Below are positions 16,564-27,532 of a DNA stretch of 64,000 nucleotides, piece by piece. Source of the DNA: a virus. Location: IMG/VR virus record IMGVR_UViG_3300033149_004458, positions 1 to 64,000 of that record; one strand, written 5' to 3'. The first letter of the stretch is position 1; every line of letters starts with the position of its first letter. A program made the position numbers and the translations under genes. The notes below the pieces were generated by a model. That model made no database searches. It had not been told where the DNA came from and saw only the letters and a list, made by a program, of their open reading frames with translations.

Positions 16564-19480
16564 CTTCTATATCATACTCCCCAACAACCACACTAGTGAT
16601 TCTATAAGAATGAGTTAGTCCGGCACTTAACTCATCCCAAAGTTGCCCGGTAAGATTGCTTCTCTGTAGGACATTAGTTCCGCCACTCATCGCTCCCGCG
16701 AAAACACCGCCAGAAAAATCTTCGGCCCCGCAGTTTACATCGAATGGCAAATTAGCCCGTTTCTCCCAAGATTCTGCGTCCTGATTATACCCCCATGCCT
16801 CGCCATCAAGTAAAGCAACATCATCTCCGAAGAATCCTTGTATGAAAGAGCGAACAGTAGATGATTGGGGGAGTCCAGAGCTTATTATCTCCCACGAGTC
16901 TCCAAAATAATTAGAATACGCAACTTTGGCTAAATTTGACCAGTTGCCAAATGTCCAAACTCCTTGCGGGTTAAACCTGTCTATCGCAACGCCGGCCCAG
17001 CCGCCAGGGATACCGTTTTTTGCCTGTGTGGTTATTGCAGACAATGTATCAGAAGTAATTACTAGCCTGGGCATGTCTCTATCTTTTAACGTAGCATATA
17101 TTTCCTTGCCGCTAGGAGTTATTGCCATCGTGTGCGTTTGCCCAGTGTCATAAAGCTCAAGGTATCCTCCTGTTGGGCATACTTTAAATATAAGTCCATA
17201 AGGTAGACAATGGACATATAAATGGTTATCATGGTAAGCAATTCGAGTTACTGTCATTTCAGAGACAACGTTAGAGATATCACAGATTTCAACATATTGT
17301 GTTGCTGTTCTCTTGTATACCTTTGACCCAGCGCCAACATACAGAACCCCATCTGCTGAGACTCCGCACCTGATTGTGTCTGGGCAGATAATAGAGTCAT
17401 TAACCCAAGAGCCGCCAACACGTTTTAATAGTGTTGTAGATGCATGTGCTAAATATAGTGTATTATTATGGGTTATGAATCCACCAGCTCTATCAACGGC
17501 TGCATTTGTCTCTTCTATCCAGTTAGCATAGGTTTCTCCCCAGATTGCTCCAGGGACATCGGTAAAGTTTACAAACCTCAAAACTCTGTTTGGACCAGCT
17601 TGCATAAACAGATTTCCACCAAAAGAATGTAGGTGATAAGCTTGTGTGTAGCCCAAATTGGTATCTCCAGTCCAGTTAGAACATATGTGGTAACCATTCT
17701 CTACAAATGTACCATTTTGAGTGTATTGTGTTATGCTGTATGTTATGGGGCTTCCAGAAAAAGAGCTTGACAGTATCCAAATATATCCATTATGCGAACA
17801 GATGTCACCATTGGGATCGCGCTGTCCACTCCCCCCAGGGAGCAGGTGCCTAAAATATGATTCGTCGGCCTCTATCCATGTTGAACCGGTCCAAATCTGT
17901 GGTCTTTTATTAGCTGATGGCGTGCACCAAACACCAATATCACCAGTACATACACAGTACCCTAAGGTTGCACTTAGGTTTGGATTACTTGGTTGGTCCA
18001 CCCAAACCCCAAGTTGTCTTTCTTTTGCTCTGCTAGTGTATAAATTCCCTAAAAATGTAGCAAATCTATTACCTTTGGATGACACCCCCCAAACACCTGT
18101 TTCCCAGGCATATTCTGGTGTAATTTGTTTATATGTCCATGTGCTTCCCTTGTTGTCTGTTTTAGCGATCCATGGGACATCTTCTGATGTATAAGGGTCT
18201 ACTGTTTTACAAAGTACATATAGGATGTTTTTGTTTGTTGGGTCTGGAGCCAGGGCATATGGTGTTGGTGGACCATGTCCTGGAGTTGGTTCTGGCATTG
18301 TTTTCCCAACCCAAAGGTCCCCAGAATTCTCGGTTAGGTATAGCCCTCCAGCAGTGGCAACCCAGAGCATGTCTTGGTCTGCCGCCATTTTCATATCATA
18401 TACTGTTTTTGCGTTCCCAGAGAGGCCATTATTTATTTCAGACCATTGAACAGAGTAGCCATCCCATGGCGACCGCCAAACACCGCCCCCAAGTGTACTA
18501 CAGAACAAATACGGCAAATAGGTTGGTTCTGTATCCCAACCCCAAAAGTGCCTGCATTTTTCGTCCAAAGTCAATTCCATGGTATATCCATCTGCATCAT
18601 AAGTTGCGGTCAAACTAGTTAAAACACAATTTGTTTTATGGTATCCTGTGTGACGGTCATGGAAGTCTATGATTTGACCAATCCAATAATTGGGGTTTGC
18701 TACGACTTCTACTACCTTTACATCTAATGGATTAGCAAATTCTGCTAACATCTTATCAGCTAAAGCATAGGCTGTCGCAGGAAGATGTATTTGCCCTGTT
18801 CCTACTGCTGCCGTTCTAACCTCCCCTGGCAACAAATATGGATTATCACCACCATATCTTACCGCAGAAAATCCATTTCCAAAGACAACTATTCTATTTC
18901 TAATATAACTGTCATTTATGCTTCTGCTGTACTCGATGTATTCGTCTATGCTGTAGTCAGCGGGGGTATTTCTACTTATTTGCACTACCCAAACTTTGCC
19001 ATCGCTATCTGCGTAGATTTGGTATGGCGTCATCTTAAGAATACCAAAAATTGCCTCCAGGCATGATGTGTGGTCCCAACCATATCCTGGGAATATGCTT
19101 GCTCCTTCACGGACATTATAGCCCCAATTGGTAATTCCAGCCATTCTTAAAAATCTACCAATCCAAGCAATTGCCTGCTCGCCGTTTGAAATATGTGGTC
19201 CTATAAACCAATAGTCACGAGCAAGGATCAATGGGTCATAACAAGTTATTTCTTTTTTTACTGGTAGTCTGCCTTTTGCAAATGTATAAGTGTAACCAGT
19301 GAACACTTTAGTTCCATTCTCGTAGAATTCCATTTGCTCATATGGTTGAATGTCCCGTGGAAGATTCGGCGACAAGGTAATACTCATTCTACCAATTGGG
19401 TTGCATATAGAGAGTTCTCTGAGACTATCTACTACATAATTTGTGAAATCCTGACCGTCGATTATAAGCTGTACTGCCAT
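16553..19480 (-). CDS. tail tip hub protein with C-terminal BNR/beta-propeller domains (975 aa)
   Basis: N-terminal ~310 aa paralogous to 19482-20468; Asp-box-like SxDxGxxW repeats. Confidence 0.7.
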   Translation of the reverse strand: MAVQLIIDGQDFTNYVVDSLRELSICNPIGRMSITLSPNLPRDIQPYEQMEFYENGTKVFTGYTYTFAKGRLPVKKEITCYDPLILARDYWFIGPHISNGEQAIAWIGRFLRMAGITNWGYNVREGASIFPGYGWDHTSCLEAIFGILKMTPYQIYADSDGKVWVVQISRNTPADYSIDEYIEYSRSINDSYIRNRIVVFGNGFSAVRYGGDNPYLLPGEVRTAAVGTGQIHLPATAYALADKMLAEFANPLDVKVVEVVANPNYWIGQIIDFHDRHTGYHKTNCVLTSLTATYDADGYTMELTLDEKCRHFWGWDTEPTYLPYLFCSTLGGGVWRSPWDGYSVQWSEINNGLSGNAKTVYDMKMAADQDMLWVATAGGLYLTENSGDLWVGKTMPEPTPGHGPPTPYALAPDPTNKNILYVLCKTVDPYTSEDVPWIAKTDNKGSTWTYKQITPEYAWETGVWGVSSKGNRFATFLGNLYTSRAKERQLGVWVDQPSNPNLSATLGYCVCTGDIGVWCTPSANKRPQIWTGSTWIEADESYFRHLLPGGSGQRDPNGDICSHNGYIWILSSSFSGSPITYSITQYTQNGTFVENGYHICSNWTGDTNLGYTQAYHLHSFGGNLFMQAGPNRVLRFVNFTDVPGAIWGETYANWIEETNAAVDRAGGFITHNNTLYLAHASTTLLKRVGGSWVNDSIICPDTIRCGVSADGVLYVGAGSKVYKRTATQYVEICDISNVVSEMTVTRIAYHDNHLYVHCLPYGLIFKVCPTGGYLELYDTGQTHTMAITPSGKEIYATLKDRDMPRLVITSDTLSAITTQAKNGIPGGWAGVAIDRFNPQGVWTFGNWSNLAKVAYSNYFGDSWEIISSGLPQSSTVRSFIQGFFGDDVALLDGEAWGYNQDAESWEKRANLPFDVNCGAEDFSGGVFAGAMSGGTNVLQRSNLTGQLWDELSAGLTHSYRITSVVVGEYDIEDGT

Positions 19481-19481
19481 C

Positions 19482-20468
19482 TTACCTACTCAAAGACATT
19501 GAAATTTTATAGCCATTGTCATCTAAGCGGTGGGTAACATCGTATACAAACCATTTGTCGTTGGACATCCCAATAAATGGCTCTGTGATACCAACGATAT
19601 CACGACAGCGAACTCTTGGGTCTCCTTCAGCCTCTACTCGCAACGTTTCCGTTAACTTATTATACAGATTTAGGTTGTATGAGGCAGAAGCATCTGCCAT
19701 CTTTTGTGTCTCAATAAGCTCGCTGGACACAATTGCTGTTTTATAAAAGTTTGGTGGTAAATAAGGACTACTTGTTTTTACTTCAGCATGAATTTTATCC
19801 TTGCCAAAAACAACAACTCTGTTTCTTAGTTCTTCTGTACTATATTCATAGTCAACCAGTATTATGTTGCCCCCTGTTCCAACATTAAATGAGTGCTCAA
19901 TCGGGTCGCCGGCTTCGGGGTAAGGAAATACTCGATCAAAGTAGACCGTTCCTCCCTCTGCCCAACAGTTATAAGCCAAAATATGACAAATTGTCCTCAC
20001 GGCATCCCACACCGACATGAGGTTGAACTCTGCATCATTGTTGACACCAAAAGTAAAACCAACATGTGCGCCGTTATAATTGGTTATTCCTGCCTCATGT
20101 AAAAGGTCTCTAACTAGATTCTCTGCTTGAATGTTTTTTCTGCTCCACGGGTTGTCTAGGTCCTCACTTACCAGCCAGTATTCCAAGGCAAGCTTCAATA
20201 TGTCTCTTCCTGTTACGATGTAGGTCCCTGGCAATCTGGTATATGTTATATCGTCTACATACCCAATAAATATAACTTCATGGTTATCTGGGTAGCCAAT
20301 ATCAATATTGATTACTTGGTTTAAGTTAATCCCACTCACATCTGAGAGTTCTATTGAGCATCTTGCGGCAACCTGCTTATAGCTTTCTGAAACATCAACA
20401 GAGATGAGGCTATCATTTCGTGGGACGCCACCAATTGTAATATTTCTATACAATTGCCTTGCAGTCAT
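19482..20468 (-). CDS. tail tip/baseplate hub protein (328 aa)
   Basis: Position after TMP and Dit-like gene; LRNRVVVFG...GDPRVRCRD hub-like motifs. Confidence 0.7.
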   Translation of the reverse strand: MTARQLYRNITIGGVPRNDSLISVDVSESYKQVAARCSIELSDVSGINLNQVINIDIGYPDNHEVIFIGYVDDITYTRLPGTYIVTGRDILKLALEYWLVSEDLDNPWSRKNIQAENLVRDLLHEAGITNYNGAHVGFTFGVNNDAEFNLMSVWDAVRTICHILAYNCWAEGGTVYFDRVFPYPEAGDPIEHSFNVGTGGNIILVDYEYSTEELRNRVVVFGKDKIHAEVKTSSPYLPPNFYKTAIVSSELIETQKMADASASYNLNLYNKLTETLRVEAEGDPRVRCRDIVGITEPFIGMSNDKWFVYDVTHRLDDNGYKISMSLSR

Positions 20469-20827
20469 TATGGCCCATCCTTAATACATTCTATTGTCAC
20501 TCTATAAACAGGGTTGGGGTGGTTAATTGCCTGCAACCTATCTGCGCTGATACTTTTGATTGTAACATTGCCAGCACTGCCGTGGTCTGTACATAATTCT
20601 ACACCAGAGCAGACATCAGCTAGTGGTAAAATATTGTTTTCGTAACCACTGACGACCACAAATGTAAGATTCCTGGTGTAGCTAGGTCTTCCCGCACAAT
20701 GGATAATCGTCTCATTAGAATCTAATACATTGATTTCCCCACGACGCGGCTGCACTTTCCAACCAGAATCTTTTTCTACATATATTCTAACACCACCAAG
20801 ATACCATTTTCCAGATTTACATGTCAT
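20468..20827 (-). CDS. distal-tail-like protein (119 aa)
   Basis: Directly downstream of the tape measure gene. Confidence 0.55.
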   Translation of the reverse strand: MTCKSGKWYLGGVRIYVEKDSGWKVQPRRGEINVLDSNETIIHCAGRPSYTRNLTFVVVSGYENNILPLADVCSGVELCTDHGSAGNVTIKSISADRLQAINHPNPVYRVTIECIKDGP

Positions 20828-20829
20828 AA

Positions 20830-23800
20830 TTACCTAGGCCCTCCAGCGGGTGTAGAAGTTCTTGCCCGCAATAATGTGCTTAGGGCTTTCTCCAGGATTC
20901 TATTAACATAGCTTGCAATTATAGTCCCGTCCAACATAATTGTATTAGTAATATTAAAGGTGCCCTCAATTGGAGGGATCTCCACCTCTACTGTTTGAGC
21001 TTGCGGTTGAGCATAAAAATTAGGAAAGGTCGTCATTAGGACCGAACCAACTTGAGTAACTATATCTAAATAGTTTTTATTTGGAAAAGTTGTTTGTAGA
21101 ACTGCGCCAGGTGTGCGTATGTCATCTACAATTCTTACGGGAACAGCTTCGCCGTGCGGCCCAACAGAAACATATGGAGTATGTTGGGCGAAAGCGGTTG
21201 CACCGATATACCCTTCCGAAATTGCCATCATAATATCCTGTGCTGTTGCAAACCACTCACCAGCTTTCATGGCCTGCATATATTGATCGGCCCACTCAGT
21301 GGGAGTTGTTGGACCCGTCCAAGCCTCTGTTTTACTAATTGGAGCCAATTCCTCTAGCTTTTCAAACCACTGTCTTAATTCTAAGATAAACTCCTCTTCT
21401 GTTTGGTCTTTGTCCCAAACCGGGATGCCCAACTCAAGCATCTGTTGCATCTGTTGTGTCATTCTACTGGTACTATCTGCCGTAACTTGAGTTGGCGGTA
21501 ATAGCTCTGGCAATCCAGGCACACCGCCCTGTTGTTTCTGGTAAAAAAGTGAGGTTAGTGGCACCCAAAAGGTAGCACCAGCAGGAATATTCCACTGACC
21601 TTCAAGTTGTTTTTCTTCTATTTCTTTAATATCTTGAAGAGCGAACAACATTGCTTGATTTGTAGAGTAAATTTGTTGCCAGACGTTGTTCGGGCCAAGA
21701 ATAAGATTAAATGTTTTGCCCTCTGCCTTTAGATACTGCTGTGCGGTCATTCCTTGCAATCTTGCAAGGTATTCAACCCAATACCTACTTCTTGCAGCAA
21801 TTTCTCCCATCTTGCTTGGGTCAACATCACGCAAACGCATGATTTCCATGCCCTCTTCACGAGATTGTTTGAGCTCATCAAATTTAGCTTTTTGGGCACT
21901 TACAAATTGCTGCATTAGCCCATCAACGTATTGAAAACTATCATCGTTGTACATTACCCAACGATCCAAATCATCAAATGCCGAATCTGGAATACCCAAT
22001 TCTTGAGCGAATTGTTCTTGCATGGTCCGAGCGGCGTTTAGGATTTGCTGCATTTCTTCGGCAGTATATTCTGAGAAATCGGTAAACCCCGGTATATCAA
22101 ATATTTCTCTTAAATTTGCTGCGCTAATAGCGCCAAGTGTTCTACCAAATTCTTCAATTCCAGCATTAAGTTCTTCTATACCAACCGTCCCATCAAGAGC
22201 GGCCTGTTTTAGCCTCATAAGGTCAGTTGCCATTTGTGAGATAAACTCTATATCTGCTCTATCCCACTCTGCCATTTCATCCACTAAATCTTGCAACTGC
22301 GGAACTATACTCCCCAGTGTTTCTCCATGTTTCTCCCAAACAGCTGTGGCCGCAAAAGTTATTTCTGTCAAAGAATCTTGCACAGCGGCTATTTGCTCGT
22401 AACCAGCAGCCAGCTCATTAAGAGTTTCTATATCTCCAGCCTCAAAACCAACTAAGAATTCTTTACGCTTTCTTTGTAGAACTTTCTCTAGACCGGGGTA
22501 GATACCTTTTTGTCTAGAAAGTATCTCTGCCATCGCGGGCGTGGTGCCAGGGCCATATTCTTCTTCAACTTGTCTTTGCTTATCTAACTCAACAAGTTGT
22601 TCCAAAAGCTCTTCCACACGTTCCATTGCTCTTGGTGTAGGCCTGCCTTTCCACGCCTCTTCGCCACGAGCCACTCTTTCAGCTAATCTGGTAATTAACT
22701 CTTCATCAGTTAGCTCTCTGGCTTCTGGACGCCAGAGTCTTTCCATTGTCATGGCAAGCTGCCCAGGGAAACCCTTGCCCACAGCCCAAAATTGTAGCTC
22801 AGATAGAATTTGTTCTCTTGTTAATGCTTCTGCTTCAGGGGCCGGTGCCAACCCCAATGCCTGAGCTATAAATGGAGCTGATTCCTCGATTGCTTGTGCC
22901 GCTGCTTGTCCAATAAAGGCCCCAGCCATAGCTCCAACTGGCCCGCCAAGGGTAGCCCCAATTGCTGTACCAATACCAGCACCAGCGCCCTGTATCCAAC
23001 TTCCAGAGGCCAATCCAGTAGCAAGACCAGCAATACCACCATAAGCAAGCCCAGGGCCGAATGTTTTTAACCCATAACCTGCCATGCTTGTAAGGGGTTG
23101 CCCTAATGCCGCACCGCGTTCTTCCAAACGGCCACCCGCAAACAACATTCTCTCTGGTAAACCAATTCTGGCACCAATACCCATAGAAGTTAGGGCCGCC
23201 AGAATAGCTGTTGTTCCGGTTCCAGCAAAGGAGGTAAATTTGTTAAACAGCCCTATTAATCCAGTCAATGCATCAGTTAGCTTAGTAAGTAGTGATAAAA
23301 TACCACCCTCTTCACCAAGTACATATGACATTTTTGTAAATGCATTGTTTAGCTCTGTCGTAGCCTGTTTTAGGGTTCTGCTTTTTATAGCCAGGGCGTC
23401 CTCAAGGTTGCCCTGAGCGTTCATGCTCACATTTACAACTTCTTGAATTCTGTGTCTCTGGCGCAAAAAGCTTACATAGTCTGCCTGTCTCCTCGCTCCC
23501 TGGGCACCAAGAGCAGCGGCGATTTCTGCCATATCGCGCTCGCCAAGAACATTTCTGTCTAATAGAGCGCCAATGTCATCAAGAATGTCTGCCATGCTTC
23601 GGTAGTTATCATTTATGTCTTTAACAATAATACCATGCTGTTCCAGAGTTTTTTGTGTTGAGGGGGTTTGAATAGCAGCAAACATAGCACGAACAGCATT
23701 TGCTCCCTCAGTAGCAGACTTATTTGTAACCTCAGCCATCACTGCAATGTAAGCGTTAAGTTGGTCCTGGCTAACCCCAGCCATTTCTGCCGCAGCCGCT

Positions 23801-25191
23801 GTAATAGAATAGGCTTTGCCGAGGTCAACCATTGTAACTTTGGCCTCTTTAGATACAGCAAGCCATTTCTCCATAAGCTGTTCGCCCTCTGTGATAGAGT
23901 ATCCCATTTGCTTTAATGAGCTTACAAGAATATCAGTGGCTTGGTTCATATCTATACCAGTTAGCCTGGCATAAGCCATGGCGTCCCCAAGTAATACGAA
24001 CGCATCTGCTGCACGCTCTGCCTCTACAGACCCCCCGGTTGCTCGCATGGCTCCAATTACAGCTTCCATAGAATCGGTTACGCTAACACCGAAATCAGAA
24101 GCCATCTTTGCCACCTCAGTGAAATAACCAGAGATGGAAGACATACCCTCGCCTGTAACGATTGCAAGGTCTGTAACACTTTCTTGTAGTACAGATATAT
24201 TAGCAAATACATCTTGCATACGTCTGTATGCGCCAAAAACCACCTCTACAGCAATACCCCACTCGGTTACTTTGCCAATATTGCGTAGAATCATCTGTTC
24301 AAAACTCTTGAACCGAGTTGTCGTGTCACCTAATTCCCGACCAAACCTATCAAAGGTGAAAGTTGCAGTTCTTACAACTCTGTTGCCATCTACCATTCTG
24401 AACGTGAACTGCTTGACTCCAGTAGCGGCAGATTCACTTGCGGCATGCAAATCTTGCATGCTTAACCCCATACCGCGCAGTCTGTTTCTAAATTCATCGA
24501 GCCGCTTTTGTGTGCCAAGAAGTTTCTCTAAGGTTGCTGCGGGGGTTGATTCTGGTAAAATTTCTCCGGTTGTCGGGGACACACGTTTTGTGGCCTCTGT
24601 CACAGCCTTAATTCCAGGAGCTAACTCATTTACAAGTCTTGCCTGGACTGTGAGTGCTTCGTTTGTTAGGTCTAGACTTATTTTGGTCTTGTCTAATGTA
24701 AAACCAAGACTCTCATATTCATTTTTAATGTCCTGAACAGCAGAAGCAAGCGCCAAAGGCAAGGTTTTTACTTTGGGACCACCCATAAAAGCCTGAAGCT
24801 CTTCTAATGTTCCAGAGATCGGCATTGGTGGCGCTTGTATCTGCCCACCAGCCGGAATCTGTAACCCAAGTCCGCCCAGTCTATAGCGACGTTGTGCCTG
24901 TGACAATTGGCCTATTTGCTGAGCAGCGTTGGCGGCTCGATACGCAATCTGTTGGAACACACCGCCCATCTGGTCCAAATCACTGATATATTGGCGAAGC
25001 TGGGTTATTTGTTCTCTAGAGATGCCAACAGAGAACGTTGAAACCTGCCCAGTGGGTCTACTTTGTGTGACAATCAGATTTTCTACAGCCCTGGCAAGGT
25101 CTTGGAGCTGCTGTTTGCCTGTCCTTGAAGCGCCAGACAATTCGCGTATCCAATGTACCAGGTCTCTAATTTGTTGAACAGATGTTGGCAT
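20830..25191 (-). CDS. tail tape measure protein (1453 aa)
   Basis: Long helical Ala-rich ORF with TP901-like core and GAGIGTAIGATLGGPVGA segment; follows the tail chaperones. Confidence 0.9.
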   Translation of the reverse strand: MPTSVQQIRDLVHWIRELSGASRTGKQQLQDLARAVENLIVTQSRPTGQVSTFSVGISREQITQLRQYISDLDQMGGVFQQIAYRAANAAQQIGQLSQAQRRYRLGGLGLQIPAGGQIQAPPMPISGTLEELQAFMGGPKVKTLPLALASAVQDIKNEYESLGFTLDKTKISLDLTNEALTVQARLVNELAPGIKAVTEATKRVSPTTGEILPESTPAATLEKLLGTQKRLDEFRNRLRGMGLSMQDLHAASESAATGVKQFTFRMVDGNRVVRTATFTFDRFGRELGDTTTRFKSFEQMILRNIGKVTEWGIAVEVVFGAYRRMQDVFANISVLQESVTDLAIVTGEGMSSISGYFTEVAKMASDFGVSVTDSMEAVIGAMRATGGSVEAERAADAFVLLGDAMAYARLTGIDMNQATDILVSSLKQMGYSITEGEQLMEKWLAVSKEAKVTMVDLGKAYSITAAAAEMAGVSQDQLNAYIAVMAEVTNKSATEGANAVRAMFAAIQTPSTQKTLEQHGIIVKDINDNYRSMADILDDIGALLDRNVLGERDMAEIAAALGAQGARRQADYVSFLRQRHRIQEVVNVSMNAQGNLEDALAIKSRTLKQATTELNNAFTKMSYVLGEEGGILSLLTKLTDALTGLIGLFNKFTSFAGTGTTAILAALTSMGIGARIGLPERMLFAGGRLEERGAALGQPLTSMAGYGLKTFGPGLAYGGIAGLATGLASGSWIQGAGAGIGTAIGATLGGPVGAMAGAFIGQAAAQAIEESAPFIAQALGLAPAPEAEALTREQILSELQFWAVGKGFPGQLAMTMERLWRPEARELTDEELITRLAERVARGEEAWKGRPTPRAMERVEELLEQLVELDKQRQVEEEYGPGTTPAMAEILSRQKGIYPGLEKVLQRKRKEFLVGFEAGDIETLNELAAGYEQIAAVQDSLTEITFAATAVWEKHGETLGSIVPQLQDLVDEMAEWDRADIEFISQMATDLMRLKQAALDGTVGIEELNAGIEEFGRTLGAISAANLREIFDIPGFTDFSEYTAEEMQQILNAARTMQEQFAQELGIPDSAFDDLDRWVMYNDDSFQYVDGLMQQFVSAQKAKFDELKQSREEGMEIMRLRDVDPSKMGEIAARSRYWVEYLARLQGMTAQQYLKAEGKTFNLILGPNNVWQQIYSTNQAMLFALQDIKEIEEKQLEGQWNIPAGATFWVPLTSLFYQKQQGGVPGLPELLPPTQVTADSTSRMTQQMQQMLELGIPVWDKDQTEEEFILELRQWFEKLEELAPISKTEAWTGPTTPTEWADQYMQAMKAGEWFATAQDIMMAISEGYIGATAFAQHTPYVSVGPHGEAVPVRIVDDIRTPGAVLQTTFPNKNYLDIVTQVGSVLMTTFPNFYAQPQAQTVEVEIPPIEGTFNITNTIMLDGTIIASYVNRILEKALSTLLRARTSTPAGGPR

Positions 25192-25194
25192 ATT

Positions 25195-25482
25195 TTATCC
25201 TTCTATGTCTGAGATAACAAGTTCCACAGAATTAGGTTTGCTGAAATCAAATACATCATCAAACCAAGTTTCAAGTCTCTCTGGATCATCCCAGATTTCT
25301 TCTGGTGGTCGTTTGTCTTTGGGCAATTCCATATATGAATCTATTTGCATTTGCCTTTTTATACAGAAATTAACTGTGTGTGGATAGCTGCTTGGGTCGG
25401 TTAGTGACGGATGCAATGGCAAACTCAAACTCTTAGCAACGAGCCAAATAGTCCTGAGCTCGTTGCTTTTAGCTAGTTTTTT
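25195..25482 (-). CDS. tail assembly chaperone C-terminal extension (lambda gpT-like, via -1 frameshift)
   Basis: The -1 frame is open from the slippery site (KKLAKSNELRTIWLVAKSLSLPLHP...) to 25195. Confidence 0.8.
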   Translation of the reverse strand, partial: KKLAKSNELRTIWLVAKSLSLPLHPSLTDPSSYPHTVNFCIKRQMQIDSYMELPKDKRPPEEIWDDPERLETWFDDVFDFSKPNSVELVISDIEG

Positions 25483-26192
25483 AGTTCCTTACCTCCAATT
25501 TCTAGAGCCAGATATGAATCTATTAATTGACCTTTCAGTTGTGTTGCACTATTAGCAAAAGCCGCGAAACTAGGAAAAGCTCTTTGGGTCATTGTTTTAT
25601 TTTTATATGTACCAAGGTAAGTGCACCATTCATTGAAAGTCCTGACCATCTCTGTTTGACATAATGAATTAATAAGCGCGCCAGTAAAAATATCTATCAA
25701 TTCTTGTCTTGATTTACTAGACAATTCTTCTTTTTTCTGCTCGATAAGTTCTTTAGTTCTTTCAACAATAGCTTTTTCTACCTTGTCATCATATTTCTCA
25801 AGAGCTACCTCGTAATTTTCTTGTTCCTCTAAGTCGGCGTCGCTGCCTGGCTGAACTGGCTTACGGGGTTTCTTGTAAGTCTTTTCTGCTTCATTTCTAA
25901 TAGAAAATGCTTCTGCTAAGATAATACCATTGATTATGGTCTCGTTGTCCATTTCATTGAAATCGGGAAATAAAGCATTATGCTCAGGTGTATCAGGGTC
26001 TCTGAGTTTCTGACGTAGCAGTCTACTAGCACTTAATGCTTGCTTTCTCGCTTCACTTATTTCAAAGTCCCCAACGACCCTCTGATAAACTACAACTGGT
26101 TTGCCGTTGATCTCAACGGAATTACCACTTCTATCCTTGATTGTTAGTTCTTTGTGCCATTTGAACAGTGAATCTAATAAATTTTTACTCAT
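25473..26192 (-). CDS. tail assembly chaperone (lambda gpG-like)
   Basis: Between tail tube and TMP; ends in slippery A AAA AAC just before TAG. Confidence 0.8.
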   Translation of the reverse strand: MSKNLLDSLFKWHKELTIKDRSGNSVEINGKPVVVYQRVVGDFEISEARKQALSASRLLRQKLRDPDTPEHNALFPDFNEMDNETIINGIILAEAFSIRNEAEKTYKKPRKPVQPGSDADLEEQENYEVALEKYDDKVEKAIVERTKELIEQKKEELSSKSRQELIDIFTGALINSLCQTEMVRTFNEWCTYLGTYKNKTMTQRAFPSFAAFANSATQLKGQLIDSYLALEIGGKELKN

Positions 26193-26209
26193 ATTCCTAC
26201 CTCTCCTAT

Positions 26210-26253
26210 AAAGAAATGAGGCTATACCACCTTAATACAAGATGTATAGCCTC
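26210..26253 (-). terminator. terminator/attenuator after the major tail gene
   Basis: GAGGCTATAC...GTATAGCCTC stem followed by ATTTCTTT on the minus strand. Confidence 0.65.
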
Positions 26254-26305
26254 CTTTTCTAAGTCCTTTATGGCGTTAATTAAATTGTGAACAGGCGGTT
26301 GTTGC

Positions 26306-27520
26306 TTATGGGCAAGCTACCCGCGAGCCGCTATAAACATATAGTGACCCATCCAAAGATTTCCAACCAAACGTCTGTGTGGCATTTCCTCCAACGTTAG
26401 TTGAATGTCCCTCGGAAGTAATGACGATTTCTGGGATGTATAGAGTCTTCATAATATCATCACAACTCAGGGTGTCATCACAACCGGCCCCTGGTTTGTA
26501 TAGCCTAATCTCCAGTGAAATCCCACTAGCAGTAAGCTCACAGCTTCTGAACTCAGTTACACCAGAAGGTGAAACTTCTCCGGTTGTCAGAAGAGCAATT
26601 AATTCTAAATCTGTATCTAGAACACTGATGTCTCCAGTGACCTGCGGCACCTGTACTATTGTCCCTACGACATCTGTATTACCCATCTCTTTAATTACGG
26701 TATTGGGGAATGTGCCACGGATTGTTACAGATTGAACACGCTCAATTTGATTTGCTGCAATATAAACCGGAATATGTTGCCCACGGATAGCAGCTGGAAT
26801 ATCGTTGTCGACTACATCTGACCAGTTGTTTCCCGCCGGGTTAGCATGGTAAACAACCACTAAGGCGTCACTAATGGTATCAGCGAATGAGATATTGCCA
26901 CCAGAATAGCTATATTCACCACTCGCTGGAGCGCCTGCCACTTCAGTTAAGTATTCTCCATCCAGGATAACACTTAGAAGCCAATTGCCATTCTTTAACT
27001 GAATTGGTGTTTCGGAAAGAGCCTGTGGGCTCCCAGCCCCAGCATCAAAGGTGTCTACAACTACGTCATATCTGAACCACCGCTTTTCTGTACCAGAAAC
27101 AGTGTATTCTTCAGTCGCCTCAGCATCAACAGAATACGTATACGTAAATCCCGTGACCTGGCAGCGTCGCAAATGAATACTTTTAACGTAATCTGCTACA
27201 TCCTCATCTCTGACGACGCCAATAACGTCAATTTCTCCTAGTTGGTTAACATCTACTCCCACCCCAGGGGACCATGAGGTTGTTCCAGTTAGTGCGCCAA
27301 ACAACTTTACCGAAGCATCCATTGCCTGGAAAGTCGCTGTCACTTCTGGAATATCCTGGGTTGTACCTGCATGATGGGGATTCCCTAATTCATCCACGTC
27401 AGTCGATGTAATGTTCACCGGCATATCCAAACGCTGGATACGTGCAGCTAGATAATCTCCAGCAGGCCCGACTACTTTTAGCGCCATCTTTTGGAACGGT
27501 ATGGCGATCCTCTTTGCCAT
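26306..27520 (-). CDS. major tail tube protein (404 aa)
   Basis: Synteny; two internally similar tube-like halves (VDELGN/IKEMGN..VT). Confidence 0.75.
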   Translation of the reverse strand: MAKRIAIPFQKMALKVVGPAGDYLAARIQRLDMPVNITSTDVDELGNPHHAGTTQDIPEVTATFQAMDASVKLFGALTGTTSWSPGVGVDVNQLGEIDVIGVVRDEDVADYVKSIHLRRCQVTGFTYTYSVDAEATEEYTVSGTEKRWFRYDVVVDTFDAGAGSPQALSETPIQLKNGNWLLSVILDGEYLTEVAGAPASGEYSYSGGNISFADTISDALVVVYHANPAGNNWSDVVDNDIPAAIRGQHIPVYIAANQIERVQSVTIRGTFPNTVIKEMGNTDVVGTIVQVPQVTGDISVLDTDLELIALLTTGEVSPSGVTEFRSCELTASGISLEIRLYKPGAGCDDTLSCDDIMKTLYIPEIVITSEGHSTNVGGNATQTFGWKSLDGSLYVYSGSRVACP

Positions 27521-27532
27521 TTATTTTACTCC

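Noticed and set aside
3700-19480. Diversity-generating retroelement acting on adhesins
   Set aside because: No reverse transcriptase and no TR/VR pair were seen.
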